From Octopus vulgaris (Eukaryota): a stretch of 64,000 bases of DNA. Below are positions 42,564-56,349 of the stretch, piece by piece (the stretch's first letter is position 1; the number at the start of each line of letters is the position of its first letter). Both the position numbers and the translations under genes were made by a program. The stretch spans positions 19,530,001 through 19,594,000 of the forward strand of contig OX597831.1 of NCBI GenBank assembly GCA_951406725.2. The letters run 5' to 3'. The notes under the pieces are model-generated. The model worked only from the letters and a program-made list of their open reading frames with translations. It made no database searches and was not told the origin of the DNA.

Positions 42564-45465
42564 CATGGATATATACATATATATGCGTGTATATATATGT
42601 GTATATCTATACATACATACACACATATATTATATATATGTATCTATATATATATATATATTATTATTAATACAAATACATATATATATATATGCGCACA
42701 AATACACTCACATACATATATATGTGTATATGTATGTGTGAGGTGTGTCTAAGTGCACATGCCTCTGCGAGCGTTTGCGTGCGCGTGTGTGTGTGTGAAG
42801 AGAGAATTGCAGATCTTTAGCAAACAAATAGATGCTTTCACATTTTCGTGTGTTAAGTAAACACAAGCCATAAATCTATCTTGTTTTATTTCTCTCGTTA
42901 GCAACTTTTATTGAGAGGTATTTAGGAATGGGCCATTAATTTCATCAGTGTACTTAACACTGTCATCACCCACTAAGTACATCTACTTTATTTAACTGTT
43001 CGGTTCGCGGAAGTATGCAATACAAGTTGACCTCAACTGTAATTGAACTCTGAACGTAAGGAACTGTATTAAAAATCCAACAATAGACGTTTTGGTTGTG
43101 AACTGATTCCGCCACAATGCTCCCCCTTTTTAGAAATATCTCTTTCTAGGTCTTCGAGCTAGCTGAAAGAATAGTTGCCGGGGAAAACACGGAGTGGCAT
43201 TTCATTAATCTTTACGTTCTGCGTTCAAATTCCGCTGAGGTCGACTTTACCTTCCATCTCTTCAGGGTTTATGAAATAAGTAGTAGTTGAACAATGAAGG
43301 GACGCAATGTAATCGTCTTGCGCCCTTCCGCTATAATCGCTGGCCTTCTACCAAAATCTGTAACTAATATCAGTTTCTAAGACTGCGAGGAGGCAGAACC
43401 ATTGTTAGCGGCATTTCGCTCCGCTTTACGTTTTCAGTTCAAATTCTAACGAAGTCGACATTACGACTCATCCTTTTGGAGTCGATGAAATATGTAACAG
43501 TTGAGCACTGAAGGGGATATAATCGTCTTTTACTCTGCCCTGTTAAAATGCTGGCCTTGTACCATAATTTATAAACAATATTTTTTCTTTCTATTTTAAG
43601 AAGATGGCTAGTAAATTTTGAGAGGATGGGGCTTTGTTGATACTTATTGACTCCAGCATGCGACGCGAGTTTTATTTTCGCGACCCACAAAAGGATGGAA
43701 AGCAAATTACCGCCCTTGGCAGGATGGGAACTCAGTTCTTCATTAATACTAGATATAAAGGGGGATAGTGAGAGTAGGGAGACTGGTGACTTTTCTATTA
43801 TGAATATATTAGCACAATAGAACGGCAAACAATATGTTTTTATGTATTTATTCACGGTCCTTTTTGCTCTGAGTTCAAATACTGCCAAAGTCGATGTTAC
43901 CTTTCATCATCTTGGGTCGACAAACTGGTGTTAAACGGGAGGATATAATCAATTCTTCCCTTTTCCTAAATAATGACCTTTATTTCTATGTTGGAAATTA
44001 TCATGATTATTTCGTGTATAGTTTTATTTAACACATTCTAATATAACTGGACGCGATAAGGCTTTTCGCTTCAAGAATAGTTACGGCAGAAAATTCTCTG
44101 GCTTGGCTTGCTTAAATCCACATTTTATTTTGGGTTGTGAGTGACATCATGATATCTTAGGATGCGTGCGTTTCTGTGTCATTATGATTCGTCCGCTACG
44201 AGAAACAGTTTAAATCAATAAATTGGACTTGATTCTCACTTAAGACTAGCTTGACCAATCAGACCGACAATCAGCGAACATTCTGTTTGTAATAATTGCT
44301 GTGACACGTATACGGCGCATTTTCGTTGTTACTGTTTAATCTCATTTGAACCATAATTATTTCTTCTATGATTCCGTTTACATCAGTTAATGCATCTAAC
44401 TGTACTTCACATAGAAAGATGTAACTATAAAACAATTCTTCATACACTCTCCTCAAACCATTTTCGATGTTGAGTTCATTTGTAATTCTCACTTTACTCT
44501 CCTGGATGTCTGTTAAATGATTCATAGCTGCAACCGGAAGTTGTTTGGACAGGCTTTATGCCTCTACTTTAATGCCGCCTTTCTGTTACATTGTCCTGTC
44601 AGAGTAATTGTTGATGTGCTGATTAATAAACTCTTATCTAATTTTATAACTCTGACAAAATAAAAAGGACCGGGATGATCAGTTAGAAGAAGAATTTGTT
44701 TAGAGAGCATCGTAGCAATAATCAAGCAGTAAATGTTATGATAAAAGTTTCATGTGAATTACAACTAAATATTCTTAGACAAAACAATAAAATGGAGAGA
44801 GTTCTAGAAGGTCAAAGGATTACCAGAGAAATTGCAGTGAACTATTAAGCTCATTAAAGATTTATAGCAATCCTAGAAGAAGGTTAGAAAAGATCTCTAG
44901 ACTCGTTACATGAAGTGGAGAAAGAGTGACTGGAATTTGATATATTTCTGCTACTCACATAGCTAGGTAATTATTTCAGAAAACCAAGAAAGATGCACAG
45001 CAAACAAAAGTGTGAAGAAACCAGAAGATTCTTCCCTTAAAAAAAAATGTAAACAATCGAAGCGAATTCCATAACAATAAACAACATAAGAAAAATTAGA
45101 AATGCGCAAAAAGTGGAAACTACAGCTCGAAGTAAGATTCAAGGAAAACATTAACATCTATGTCGGCAAAAATACCAACATGAAAGAAAGACTGTAATAA
45201 GGGTCGATAGAAAGGATTCCGATTTCATCTTATTCGTGATCGATCTGTGATTGATCCAGAATATCCTGAATATATTGACACTGCAAAATCTTGGACACTG
45301 AATAATCCTATTCCAGCTTATATGTATACCTATATTCACATGAACGCGTGTGTATGTGTTCATATCTATGATTTAATTTATGATTATGTGTACCCATTTA
45401 TGACTGTATGCATATATGTGTTTCCATGTTTGTTATATAAGGATTATGAATATATGCACTGAGTG

Positions 45466-45504
<39 letters not shown>

Positions 45505-45652
45505 GTGTTTGTATGTGTAAGTATTAATCTAATATGTATGTCCATGTAAATGTATGCCTATGTATGTATGCTTATGTATTCTTGTTCATGTCCATTCATG
45601 TATATTCATGTGTTTGTATGTCTATATAAGTGCGTGTATGTGTGCTTGTACG

Positions 45653-45718
<66 letters not shown>

Positions 45719-46299
45719 AATATGTACGTATGGATGGATGTACGCAAATATGAGTGTATACGAATGTATATGTGTATTTGCGTATGTGTATACGCAGAAA
45801 TGTGTTATTTATTGCATTAGATTGCTCTCTATCAGCACTTAACTTAATTACATTCTGCATGTAGAATTTCTTTGTATATGACGAAAAAAATAAGGACTTT
45901 ACACAAACTTTATTTCTTCTTCTAAGCCTATACAGAATGATGGAATCTCAAAGTGCTAAGGTCCTTTACAGATTAATGCAATAATTCCTCATGCACAGAA
46001 TTCCTACAAAACAATATACACGCACGAACAAATGCAGACATACATAAATATGCGTGCGCGTACACAAACACGCTTGCGCGCGAGCACAAACGTGAATGTA
46101 AAAATAGCTTTTAAAAAATAAACATAACATAAATGGGTTGAACATTGTTTGACAGAAGCCGTATTATATTACTTTAACGCTTGGATCGAAATAGTAGAAG
46201 TGAGAGCCACAACGTTTCAGATTTCGGTCATTCATCAAAGAAAAAAGCAGGAGTGAGTACCACATATAGTCAATATGCGTGTGTATATGCTGAGCTGAG

Positions 46300-46628
46300 A
46301 CCCCCCCCACTTCGGTCATGACTGACCATGGAATTGCATCTAGAAAGTTACCCTCCCTGGGACAACTCCGGCCAAGGTTGTTTATGGAAGACCAGCAGTC
46401 ACCCATGCATACCGGCCTCCCCCCTTCACGCCAAGTGTTATCCAAGGGAAAGGTAACAGCAGATGCAGTTTGGCATCTGTAACGTCGGAACTCATTTCTA
46501 CAACTGAGTGAACTGGAGTAACGGGAAATAAAGTGTCTTGCTCAAGAACACAACAAGCAGCCCGGTCCGGGATTCGAAATCACAACTTCACGATCGCAAG
46601 TACCCGACACTCTAACCACTGAGCCATA
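46300..46628 (-). mobile_element. SINE family 3 (tRNA-derived), minus-strand copy
   Basis: Reverse complement of 62738-63067, with A-box TGGCTCAGTGG and B-box-like TTCGAATCCC. Confidence 0.8.
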
Positions 46629-47095
46629 TATGTGTATATATATATACATATATGAGCAGAATTTGGGCTAGTTGAAATATCTTTGTGACACATTTCAACT
46701 GCAAAGCAGCAAATACACTGCAGTTAACATGGAGAATAAATCTCTCTTATGGCAAAAAAAGGTGAGTAAACAGTGCTTCGCGCTAACGCTTCGTTTTTAT
46801 TTCGATCAGGCGATCCACTAGCGCAAATCAGTCAATATATTGACTGGATTATACATAAACCTATAGCTTTATAAGGTCGTTCACAGGTGTTTCTCATTGG
46901 TATATCTCATTGGTATGTCTGAGATTGCTAATAGATGGCGACACTGAACTAACGGGTGTTTTCACAACTTTCTACCATAAGAGAGATTTATTCTTGGCGG
47001 TAACTGCTTTTTAGCAGTTGAAATGTGTCATAAACTTATAAACATATATCAACCAGCCTAAAATCTCCTCTTACCTGCTTCACGCTAACGCTTCG

Positions 47096-47130
<35 letters not shown>

Positions 47131-47134
47131 TTAC

Positions 47135-47198
<64 letters not shown>

Positions 47199-47199
47199 T

Positions 47200-47640
47200 A
47201 AAACAGTTTGCTTCGCTTCCATGCGAGTCAAGGTTTTGCGGGCTTCTGAAAGAGTCATGTCAGTCAGGCTTAGATTAGCGAATAGAGAAGCACGCGGAAT
47301 GAAAGATGGCTACTGGAAGTCCTTAGCGCCGACCAGAAAATAGTCTGCTACTGTTCAAGGTGGGCCAGCTTGTGTTGTGAAATGTAAGATCGGTCATCCG
47401 GCGTCACTAGTTTAGCAAGAAAAGGGAATTTCCTGGGCCGCTAATCTGAATCGCTGATTTTACTTCTGAGAATACCAAGTGACGTGCCTTCACAAATAAC
47501 AGCCCATTCTCCAGGGACCATTTTGGCCTTCCAGTAGTTATTTCGATTTCTTGTGTTCCGCCATTTAGGAATCTAAACTTGAGTGGGAAGGGTTTCTTTT
47601 AGAAGCCCTCGCATGGATCCGAATCAGATTGTTTAAAATA
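47200..47640. mobile_element. Foldback/MITE-like element with imperfect inverted termini, next to (TTA)n
   Basis: The left end AAACAGTTTGCTTCGCTTCCATGCGAG..GGGCTTCTGAAAGA mirrors the right end TCTTTTAGAAGCCCTCGCATGGATCCGAATCAGATTGTTT. Inner pair CTACTGGAAG/CTTCCAGTAG. Confidence 0.65.
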
Positions 47641-47735
47641 ATAATACATGTAACTCCTACTAAATGTTGTGAGTACCTTTTTATTACGGTTTCCAACCAC
47701 TCCTGTGTTTGTCTGTGTTTATGTGAGTGTGTGTA

Positions 47736-47811
<76 letters not shown>

Positions 47812-47959
47812 TGAAGGCGCTGGGATTATAGATATATATAATTCTAATGAGACGGCGTACAAAAGTTTCAAATCGCCTAAACAAATAAATTGAAAGCAGT
47901 GAAAAGTCCCGCCTGAAAATAAAACTGTTGAAAATTGAAAAATGTCTGCAACTCTCCCA

Positions 47960-49349
47960 TGAAAAAGAAAGAGCAGACAAAGAAGCCTGAGCTATAGACA
48001 ACATAAAATCTAACCCCAGAGCTTTCTACAGGTATGCCAAAGAAACAGATACGGTGCACTGTAGGATAGGGCCACTCCTTGAAAAGGATGGCACACTCAC
48101 AGGAAATCCAATGAGGATAAGTGAAATACTAAATTAGCAATTCAAGAGTATTTTCACGCCACCCCTAGGGCATTTTCAAGTCAGCAATCCAACCGACTTC
48201 TTTACCACAGCAGATATAAAATCGGAGGCAGCAATGATTGATTACATCAATATAAAGGAAGACGATGTAATAAAGGCTATTGATAAAATGAAAACAAACT
48301 CAGCTACTGGCCCAGATGGATTCCCAGCAATCCTTCTAAAAGTATGTAAGAGAGTCCTAGCAAGACCCCTGAAGTTCCTCTTTCAGAGCTTCCTTGCAAC
48401 TGGCAAACTTCCAAGAAAACTGAAGGAAGGTAAAATATGCCCTATTCATAAAGGAGATAGCAGAGCGGAGGCCAAGAACTACAGACCTATCTCTCTGACC
48501 ACACACATTAGCAAGGTCATGGAACGAATAGTCAGAAGGAAACTAATCACCTTCCTTGAAGAAAATGGCTTGCTGCCTGACACCCAATATGGTTTCCGAC
48601 CAGGAAGAAGCTGCTTAACTCAGCTCCTACAACACTATGACTGGGTGCTGAAACGACTGCTCAACCACTCAAATGTGGAAGTGATATATCTCGACTTTGC
48701 AAAGGCCTTTGATAAAGTCGATCATGGAATGCTATGTCACAAACCGCGTGATCTTGGCATACCTGGAAAATTGGGAGAGTGGCTTCATGACTTTCTGAAA
48801 GATAGAAGTCAGGTGGTAGTAGCCAGTGGGGCCACTTCCACTAACACGCAAATAGTGAGCGGTGTTCCGCAGGGCACTGTTTTGGGACCACTACTGTTCA
48901 TAATGGCCCTCTCAGACATGCCCTCAGCCACGCAGAGAGCCACGATCACAAGTTATGCAGATGATACAAAAGTTTCACAGGCAATACAGAACCCTGAAGA
49001 CACTAAGCACCAGCAATGTGAGCTGGACAAAATATACAGGTGGGCTGAAAAGAATAGCATGCAGTTCAATGCTGAAAAGTTTCAAGCTTTATGCTATCAG
49101 CACGCAAAACTAAATGCAATATCCAATAAATACACTGGACCTGGAGGTACTGCAATCCCAGAGGCACAATCAGTGCGAGACCTGGGTATTTACATGAGTG
49201 ATGATGCAACCTTTCATGTGCATGTTGCTAAATTGGCAATGAAATGTAGGCGGCTGACCGGATGGATTCTTAGAACCTTCAGAACAAGAGACCAGTATAC
49301 CATGATGGTCCTCTGGAGGACACTTGTCCTAAGCCACTTTGACTATTGA
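47960..49349 (+). pseudogene. CR1/Jockey-group LINE reverse transcriptase fragment (third subfamily), truncated at both ends
   Basis: ORF 48234..49349 with [40 protein letters not shown] and YADD. The upstream extension (AIDNIKSNPRAFYRYAK..IGPLL) contains stops. Ends abruptly at HFDY. Confidence 0.9.
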
Positions 49350-49407
49350 TGAGTGTATTTTTATCATTTTTTGCTAAAATGTCTTATTGACGAGTTTCGC
49401 TTTTTTC

Positions 49408-49493
49408 ACTTTCTTGAGGAGAAGACTGAATTTTTTATACCATTTATTCTTTTGAACAGTAACAGTGGAATTTTAGAAACATGTGTCGAAAGT
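49408..49493 (+). ncRNA. Degenerate type I hammerhead, family F
   Basis: ACTTTC-TTGAGGA-GAAGAC...GAAAC-ATGT-GTC-GAAAGT; homologous to 54117-54198 including the downstream flank. Confidence 0.55.
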
Positions 49494-49534
49494 AAAAATA
49501 TTTGATTGCACCTGCGTTAAACTCCATTTATTTA

Positions 49535-49607
<73 letters not shown>

Positions 49608-49909
49608 GAGGCGCTGGGATTAGTTGTCAGGGTTTGGAGCTCGTGACCGTAATTGTAGTTTCGAAACCTTGATAATACGGTGCGTTGTGTTCTTCAAGAA
49701 AGCACTTCATTTCTCGTTGTGTCGGTTCACTCAACTGACAAAGATGAGTATCCTACGACTGTCGGGTTCCTATCCTTGAGATTGTGTATATGCCAGAGAA
49801 TCCGCCAAAACGACCCTATGAATCCATATGACATGAGCAGGAGCTACATTATTCATTCATGCATACATATATACATGCATTCATATGTATATATACGTAC
49901 CTATATATG

Positions 49910-49979
<70 letters not shown>

Positions 49980-50124
49980 TTATATATATATATGCATATG
50001 TATATATGTATATATATATTTGTATATATACATATGTATATATGTAAATATATCTCTATATATACATATATACATATGTATATATGTAAATATATCTCTA
50101 TATATACATATGTATATATATGTA

Positions 50125-50182
<58 letters not shown>

Positions 50183-50342
50183 GTGAAATAGAAAGATGAA
50201 TAATCTTGTAGTAGATTAATCAAAAGTTTAACCGATACCTTAGTAGCAAAAATCACAGCAGTAAAACAGCACGGTTGGAGGTACAACCATATGGTGTTGC
50301 AACCGTGCGTTGGTGCGGATAATTGAAATTAGAACATTATTG

Positions 50343-50410
50343 GTGAATTGAAGAAATGGAGCTGAACGATTTCTGTTCAATCTGCGTTCAGCTCCATTTC
50401 TTCAATTCAC
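50343..50410. repeat. Perfect 26-bp-arm inverted repeat
   Basis: GTGAATTGAAGAAATGGAGCTGAACG ... CGTTCAGCTCCATTTCTTCAATTCAC. Confidence 0.85.
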
Positions 50411-51268
50411 AAATATATATATATATATATATATACATACATACACACATTCATACAGGCATATATATATATAATTAAAATTCAGTTGAATTAGGTACTT
50501 AAATTGAGGTACCAAGCCGGTTCGGTATAGTCGCACAGCTCCAATTTAGGTGAACAGGATGTAGATGAGCAACAATGATGTCCAGTATCAATATATTACG
50601 GCCGTTTCGAGCGGCTCCATTTAATCGATCAATGAAAACATTACATCAATTTGAAAGAAACCTCAGACATAGATGACCATATAGATTTCCAACATGAAGG
50701 ATAAACTATTTTTTAAAAATTCATATCAACATCAGAAACCAAAATAATTGCACTGTTTCTTTATTTGTGGCAGAATAACTTTAGAGAGTAGCAAAGGAAA
50801 ATAGCGGTGGGGGGGGGATCAATATATGGAGTTGTGCGGCAGTCATTTGTATTCTACAACCATCAAGAATTAATTCCATTGTGAGTTGTCAACTGTGTTC
50901 CTAGTCGATGTCAGCTAGGAACACAGTCTGTGTGTTTGTGTGTGTTTGTGTGTGTGTATGTATGTATTAATATATATGAATACATTGTGCGTGATATCAC
51001 ATACGCATGCATAATGGTATACACACACACATACACAGACATACACCTCAAAATTCGCACATACATATATATATGACGAAGAGCACATGAATTATCCACA
51101 TGACGTTATTATGAGCTCTAGAACATTCCATAGGGAATATATTTACTTATTTGTCAAAAGCTTTGTATACACGCAGGCCTTCAGTCTATAGATACCAACG
51201 CACAAAACTCTCGGATCTTGAGTCAATCCGTTGCTTCTGCTAAATATTAATAAAAATGTATACGTATA

Positions 51269-51337
<69 letters not shown>

Positions 51338-51420
51338 ATTGTTCAACTTTACAGAAAACAGATGATGACAGGTCAGGAAACAACAAGTCTGTTAGTTTGA
51401 CCCTCGGGAAGAATAGAAAA

Positions 51421-51458
51421 TCTTTGATGTTTCGAGCCCACGCTCTTCGACAGAAAGA
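51421..51458 (-). ncRNA. Minimal hammerhead-like motif, family C variant (CTGTCGA core)
   Basis: Minus strand TCTTT-CTGTCGA-A-GAG-CGTGGG-CTC-GAAACATC-AAAGA. Confidence 0.45.
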
Positions 51459-51731
51459 GATGAAAGGGAAAAATGCAAAGAGAAAAAAATGTGATAAAGA
51501 TTGAAAAACACACACAGACACAGACACACACACACACACACACACATATATATGTATATATATATATATATATATCGTGGGTATCTGATAAAAAACATAG
51601 TTCCGGGTTCAGTCACGCTGCGTGGCAACTTGAGCAAGTGTATTCGTCTATAGCCTCGGGCCAACGAAGGCTTTGTGAGTGGATTTGGTAGACGGAAACT
51701 GAAAGAGGCCCGTCGTATATATATGTATATT

Positions 51732-51795
<64 letters not shown>

Positions 51796-52027
51796 TATAC
51801 ATGTATATGTTTGTGTGTTTGTGTTTGTCCCACTACCATCGCTTGACAAACGATGTTGTTGTGTTTACATCCCTGCAACTTAGCAGTTCCGCCAAATCAC
51901 TGATAAAATAAGTACCAGGCATATAAAGAATAAGAACTTGGGTAATTTGAACGACTGAAGGCGGTAATCCAGCATATCCGCAGTCAAATAACTGAAAAGA
52001 ATAACAGAATATACATTAATATATTTA

Positions 52028-52085
<58 letters not shown>

Positions 52086-52774
52086 CGACTGGCTTGTTTG
52101 AGTTTCCGTCTACCAAATCCAATCACAAGGCTGCCGTCCAAGAATTTGGACCTGGAAATTTCCACTTCCAGCGACTTCGAGGGCCACCTCCCAGTAGTGT
52201 CGGGCGTCAACGAAGAGCCCTCGACTACAACATCACGACCAAATTTTTTTTTTCCCCCAAGGTCTGGGGTCTCCCGTCCCAAAGTCCTAGACCATCACCT
52301 AATCACCCCTATCCGTTTTGTTGCTTATCAACAACAACAATTCACAAGGCTTTGGTCGGCTCGAGGCTATAGTAGAAGTGACTTGTCCAAGGCTCCACGC
52401 ATTGGGACTGAACGCAGAACCATGTACCTCATAAACGAGCTACTTACCACACAACCATTCCGGGCGCCTATCCACACAGCCACTCCTACGCATATAAATA
52501 TATATATATGCTCCAAGAAATCTAATGCTCGTAGCTTAGTTTTTCCTTGGGGCTGGCCAGATCGGAGCGATCTCAAGATTAATCAGCCGAAATTGCGAAG
52601 ATGATCCGGTTCTTGACTGAAGATTGAAGCCTTCGAATGTCCCGTCCGTGTTTTTTGTATCGTCTTCTAAATGTTTTACGTTCTTGTCCCAGTTTGTATT
52701 TTTCTACATATTACTTCACGGAACTGTAAGGGAGGGTTCGATTTAATTTGAAGCCGTTGCTAGGTTCGATTTAA

Positions 52775-53647
52775 TTTGAAGCCGTTGCTAGGAACTTTCC
52801 CAGAAATTCTAGATATCATTCTATTATCAATTCACACAAGGTCAGAATCGCTTTCTCCAACACTAGGAATCTTTCACAAATTATATCTTCCCATAATACC
52901 AAGCTGCTAAACAAAGATTCTTCACCCGGAAGTTCCAACACTAATCTTACCAATTCCAACCCATCATACAGTCATACTAATAGGAATAGTATTAATAGTA
53001 ATAGCAATGGTAGTAGCGATAGTTTTAACAATGATAATATTAATAATAGTATTAGTCGTGTTAATAACATTGGTAGTGTTGATGGTAACAACAATAACGA
53101 TATTATTGTCGGTGGTATTGCTGGTTGTAGTACAATTAATAATACTAATAATAATAGAAATAGTGTAGTTGTTAGCGCTAATAATAATAAAAACAACAAT
53201 CATAACAATAAAAACTTCGTCTCGATCTCGGAGGATAACCCAAACAGATTAAAATTTTTGTCCAGTAATTCGAAAATTAAGAATTCCATTTACCAGTGTA
53301 GAATTTCTTCCGGTACCGATGTCTTCTTCTATATAGGAGCGTCCACTTCTCAGTTATCCAAGAGAATTTCTAACCACTATTCGACATTCAGGGATAGGAA
53401 AAAACGACATAGTACAGGGCTAAGTAAATTAGTTTGGCGTCTTAAAGACAACAATATAATTTTCAAGTTGGATTGGTTCATATTGTCTGTATCCTTTCCT
53501 TTTGATAAGGGCAGGAGATTTTGTAACATTTGTAACTCTGAACTCTTCCATATTCTTTTCGCTAAGGTTTCCCTAGTAAACACACTCATAGAAAAATCGT
53601 ACAAATGTAAACATTGGCAGAAACACACTTTCTACTCATATAAATGA
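52775..53647 (+). CDS. 5'-truncated Penelope-like (Neptune-type) ORF: linker, Asn-rich tract and GIY-YIG endonuclease
   Basis: The frame is open from 52775, upstream of the called ORF at 53258: NFPRNSRYHSIINSHKVRIAFSNTRNLSQIISSHNTKLL..(N-rich)..SIYQC..FYIGAS..KRISNHYSTF..STGLSKLVWRLKD..CNICNSE..LVN..KCKH. Confidence 0.85.
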   Translation, partial: FEAVARNFPRNSRYHSIINSHKVRIAFSNTRNLSQIISSHNTKLLNKDSSPGSSNTNLTNSNPSYSHTNRNSINSNSNGSSDSFNNDNINNSISRVNNIGSVDGNNNNDIIVGGIAGCSTINNTNNNRNSVVVSANNNKNNNHNNKNFVSISEDNPNRLKFLSSNSKIKNSIYQCRISSGTDVFFYIGASTSQLSKRISNHYSTFRDRKKRHSTGLSKLVWRLKDNNIIFKLDWFILSVSFPFDKGRRFCNICNSELFHILFAKVSLVNTLIEKSYKCKHWQKHTFYSYK

Positions 53648-54116
53648 TAACGATAGTCACTGTGGTTTTCACAATTAGCTTCACGTCCACCCCTCTGCTA
53701 TAGAGAAATTCTTTCCTAAGCCTTCGAACATTCTTTCAATCAACGTACACTTCCCTCTTCACTTGTTCCCTACCTATTACTCCTTTATATCTTCCCTTAC
53801 TACTACCTATCTTTGACGTCTGTCTCTCTCTCACACACACAATCACACACACAGACACAAATGCAGTTATATACACACACACACATACACACACACACAA
53901 ACACACGCACTCATTAACACAGGCACACACCCACACATTTCCTTACATACAGCAAACATACTGTCCCCTACCTATTTTTACTTCCTCCTACTATCCATTT
54001 TTGACGTCAATTCTTCTAACGGTTTTTTAAAAAGACATTCATTATCGCTTTGGTTACTATGTAGGCAATCATCGAAATTTTTGTTTGTCTTGTTGTCGAG
54101 AGAGGCTCCTTTTCTT

Positions 54117-54198
54117 CTTTCCTGATGAGAAGATTGCATAATGCACCCTTTATTTCTTCGGAATAAAAATATGCTGTCTTCGAAACATGTGTCGAGAG
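54117..54198 (+). ncRNA. Type I hammerhead ribozyme, family F, in the 3' region of the PLE ORF
   Basis: CTTTC-CTGATGA(54122-54128)-GAAGAT..GTCTTC-GAAAC-ATGT-GTC(54191-54193)-GAGAG. The extended stem II includes GCATA/TATGC and a C(UUCG)G-capped hairpin. Confidence 0.82.
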
Positions 54199-54400
54199 TA
54201 AAGGAATTTTGTTAACATCTTCGTTCGACTCCATTCTTTCATTTATTCATATACAACACACAAATTTCTACACATGAATCCGGAGTTTCTACCCTTGACA
54301 GGTCGCTTCATACGTGTTTTCTGACGTGAATTTGCTACCCAGGTTTCGGTTAAACGAATTTTCCATGCTGACGATAAACATAGGATAATTCATTCACCTA

Positions 54401-54448
<48 letters not shown>

Positions 54449-54640
54449 TTAGGGAATAAATCCAAACTTACAGGGAAAAATCAGATTTAGGATTGAATCC
54501 AATTTTATAGTAAAATATTATATTATATTAAATTAGAGACAAAACCACTATTAGGTATATCAAACAATGAAAACCTTAAGCCAATACATATGATTAATTT
54601 AATATATAACAAAGGTATTAAAAAAATATAATTAATATCA

Positions 54641-54704
54641 CACTACGATCGTTTCATGCCTGCTAACATCTTCAAATTTTTGAGTCGCAGTCATTCATCA
54701 GGTG
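54641..54704 (-). ncRNA. Type I hammerhead ribozyme, family G
   Basis: Minus strand CAC-CTGATGA-ATGACTGC...GCAGGCAT-GAAAC-GATC-GTA-GTG; palindromic ACGATCGT stem III, short 3-bp stem I. Confidence 0.78.
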
Positions 54705-54743
54705 GTTTAAATATTTTTCTTGGCGAGGTTTAAACAATGAACT

Positions 54744-54790
<47 letters not shown>

Positions 54791-55136
54791 TACACACACA
54801 ATGAAAAACGAAGAACAAACGCAAAAAATATAAACGCGAGGACTTGGTACATGTAAAGTATAAGCCAACGCTCAGGGAAAGAAAGAAAAGTGGTTTTACG
54901 TTCCGAGCAAAGTTCATCCTTAGAAAGAAGAGACAGAGGTAAGTCCAACAGAAAAGGAAGACAGAGGGAAAAAATCACCGACGATTCACATTTGGATACA
55001 TTGTATATATATATATGCCTGGTAGTTATCCTATAGGTTTCTTTTGGTGAACCGTTAGGTTATGGGGACATAGGCAAACTACCACCGCTTGACCAGCAGT
55101 AGTATGGAACGAATATACATATATACATATTCTGTG

Positions 55137-55180
<44 letters not shown>

Positions 55181-56349
55181 GTGAGCTTGTTTCAGGTTCT
55201 ACAAACCTAATCCAATCAGGATCTTTGGTTGAGCAGAGGCTTCGGCAGAAGGCACCTGACCACGTTCAAGTACAGGGAGCCCAAAGCTATTCGGTCGTGA
55301 ATCTCATCTGTTACCAGACACCTACGATTGTACCTATATGTGTGAGTGTGTTGTGTGCCTGTGTATGTGTGCAACATGTGTGTGTGTATGAGTGTGTTCG
55401 TACGTGTGTTTTGTATATATGTATGAACGTATGTATTCATGTATGTATGAGTGTGTGCGTGTGTGAGTGTGTATGTGTGTATGTAAGTATGTATATGTAG
55501 TATTGTGTTGATATCTCTAAATTACGTATGCCAGATCATTATTGACTGGAAACGCAAAGCATTGTATATCGTTAAGTCTGCGTATGCTATATTGACACCT
55601 GCCGTTCCACTGTGCTTTAACATGTTTCTATTTGAAGACACAATTTAATCCTAATTCTTCAATTAAATATTTATGTGAATTCCTTCCTCGTTTCCACTTT
55701 GAATGCAACTTTCCCATCATCTAAACTAATTTCGCAACCGTTTCATACCGGGGGGAAAAAATCAATTATCTTTCTTTCTCTCTCCGAATTAAAGAAACAA
55801 AGTTGGGCAATAATTCCTTTCTAAACCTATTTCTCTATCACAAAGATTTTATATCTACTCATGGCAGTAAATATTCTAAGATTGGAAACATAAGAAAGAT
55901 TATTAAATTCGTTTATTTCTATTCAGGTAATAATAGAGGGCCGTAGAGCAGAACACAGGATCGAAAAGTCTCTAAAAGTATTAAATTTCATCTGCTGTAA
56001 GTTCTGAATTCAAGTCATTTTCAATTTCACAAAACCAATACAAATTTTTAATGTACCGCACCCGATTCAATCTAGCATGTGATGGACCAATAGAACGATG
56101 GCCAAAATATCTGTAGTATTTAATTACAGCCACTTGCGATCTGATTTCAATTCTTGTGACTTCTGACTGTCATCATTTCAGAATCGATAAAATAACGCAA
56201 TCAGTTATGTTGAAATCACTTCAGTTTCAATTCCTCCTCTAGTTTCGAGCACATTGAATAGAAAGATGGCGTCACTAGTATCGCTTTTCTCTGGATCCGG
56301 TCATATGATGTGCTCACTTTCATGCTGGTTATGGCTGATCTGCGTCATC

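Noticed and set aside
52540-52650. HHR-like words in the repeat shared with 40410-40540 (GGCTG..CAGCC-GAAAT; CTGAAGA)
   Set aside because: The core elements are out of order or too degenerate to fold confidently.
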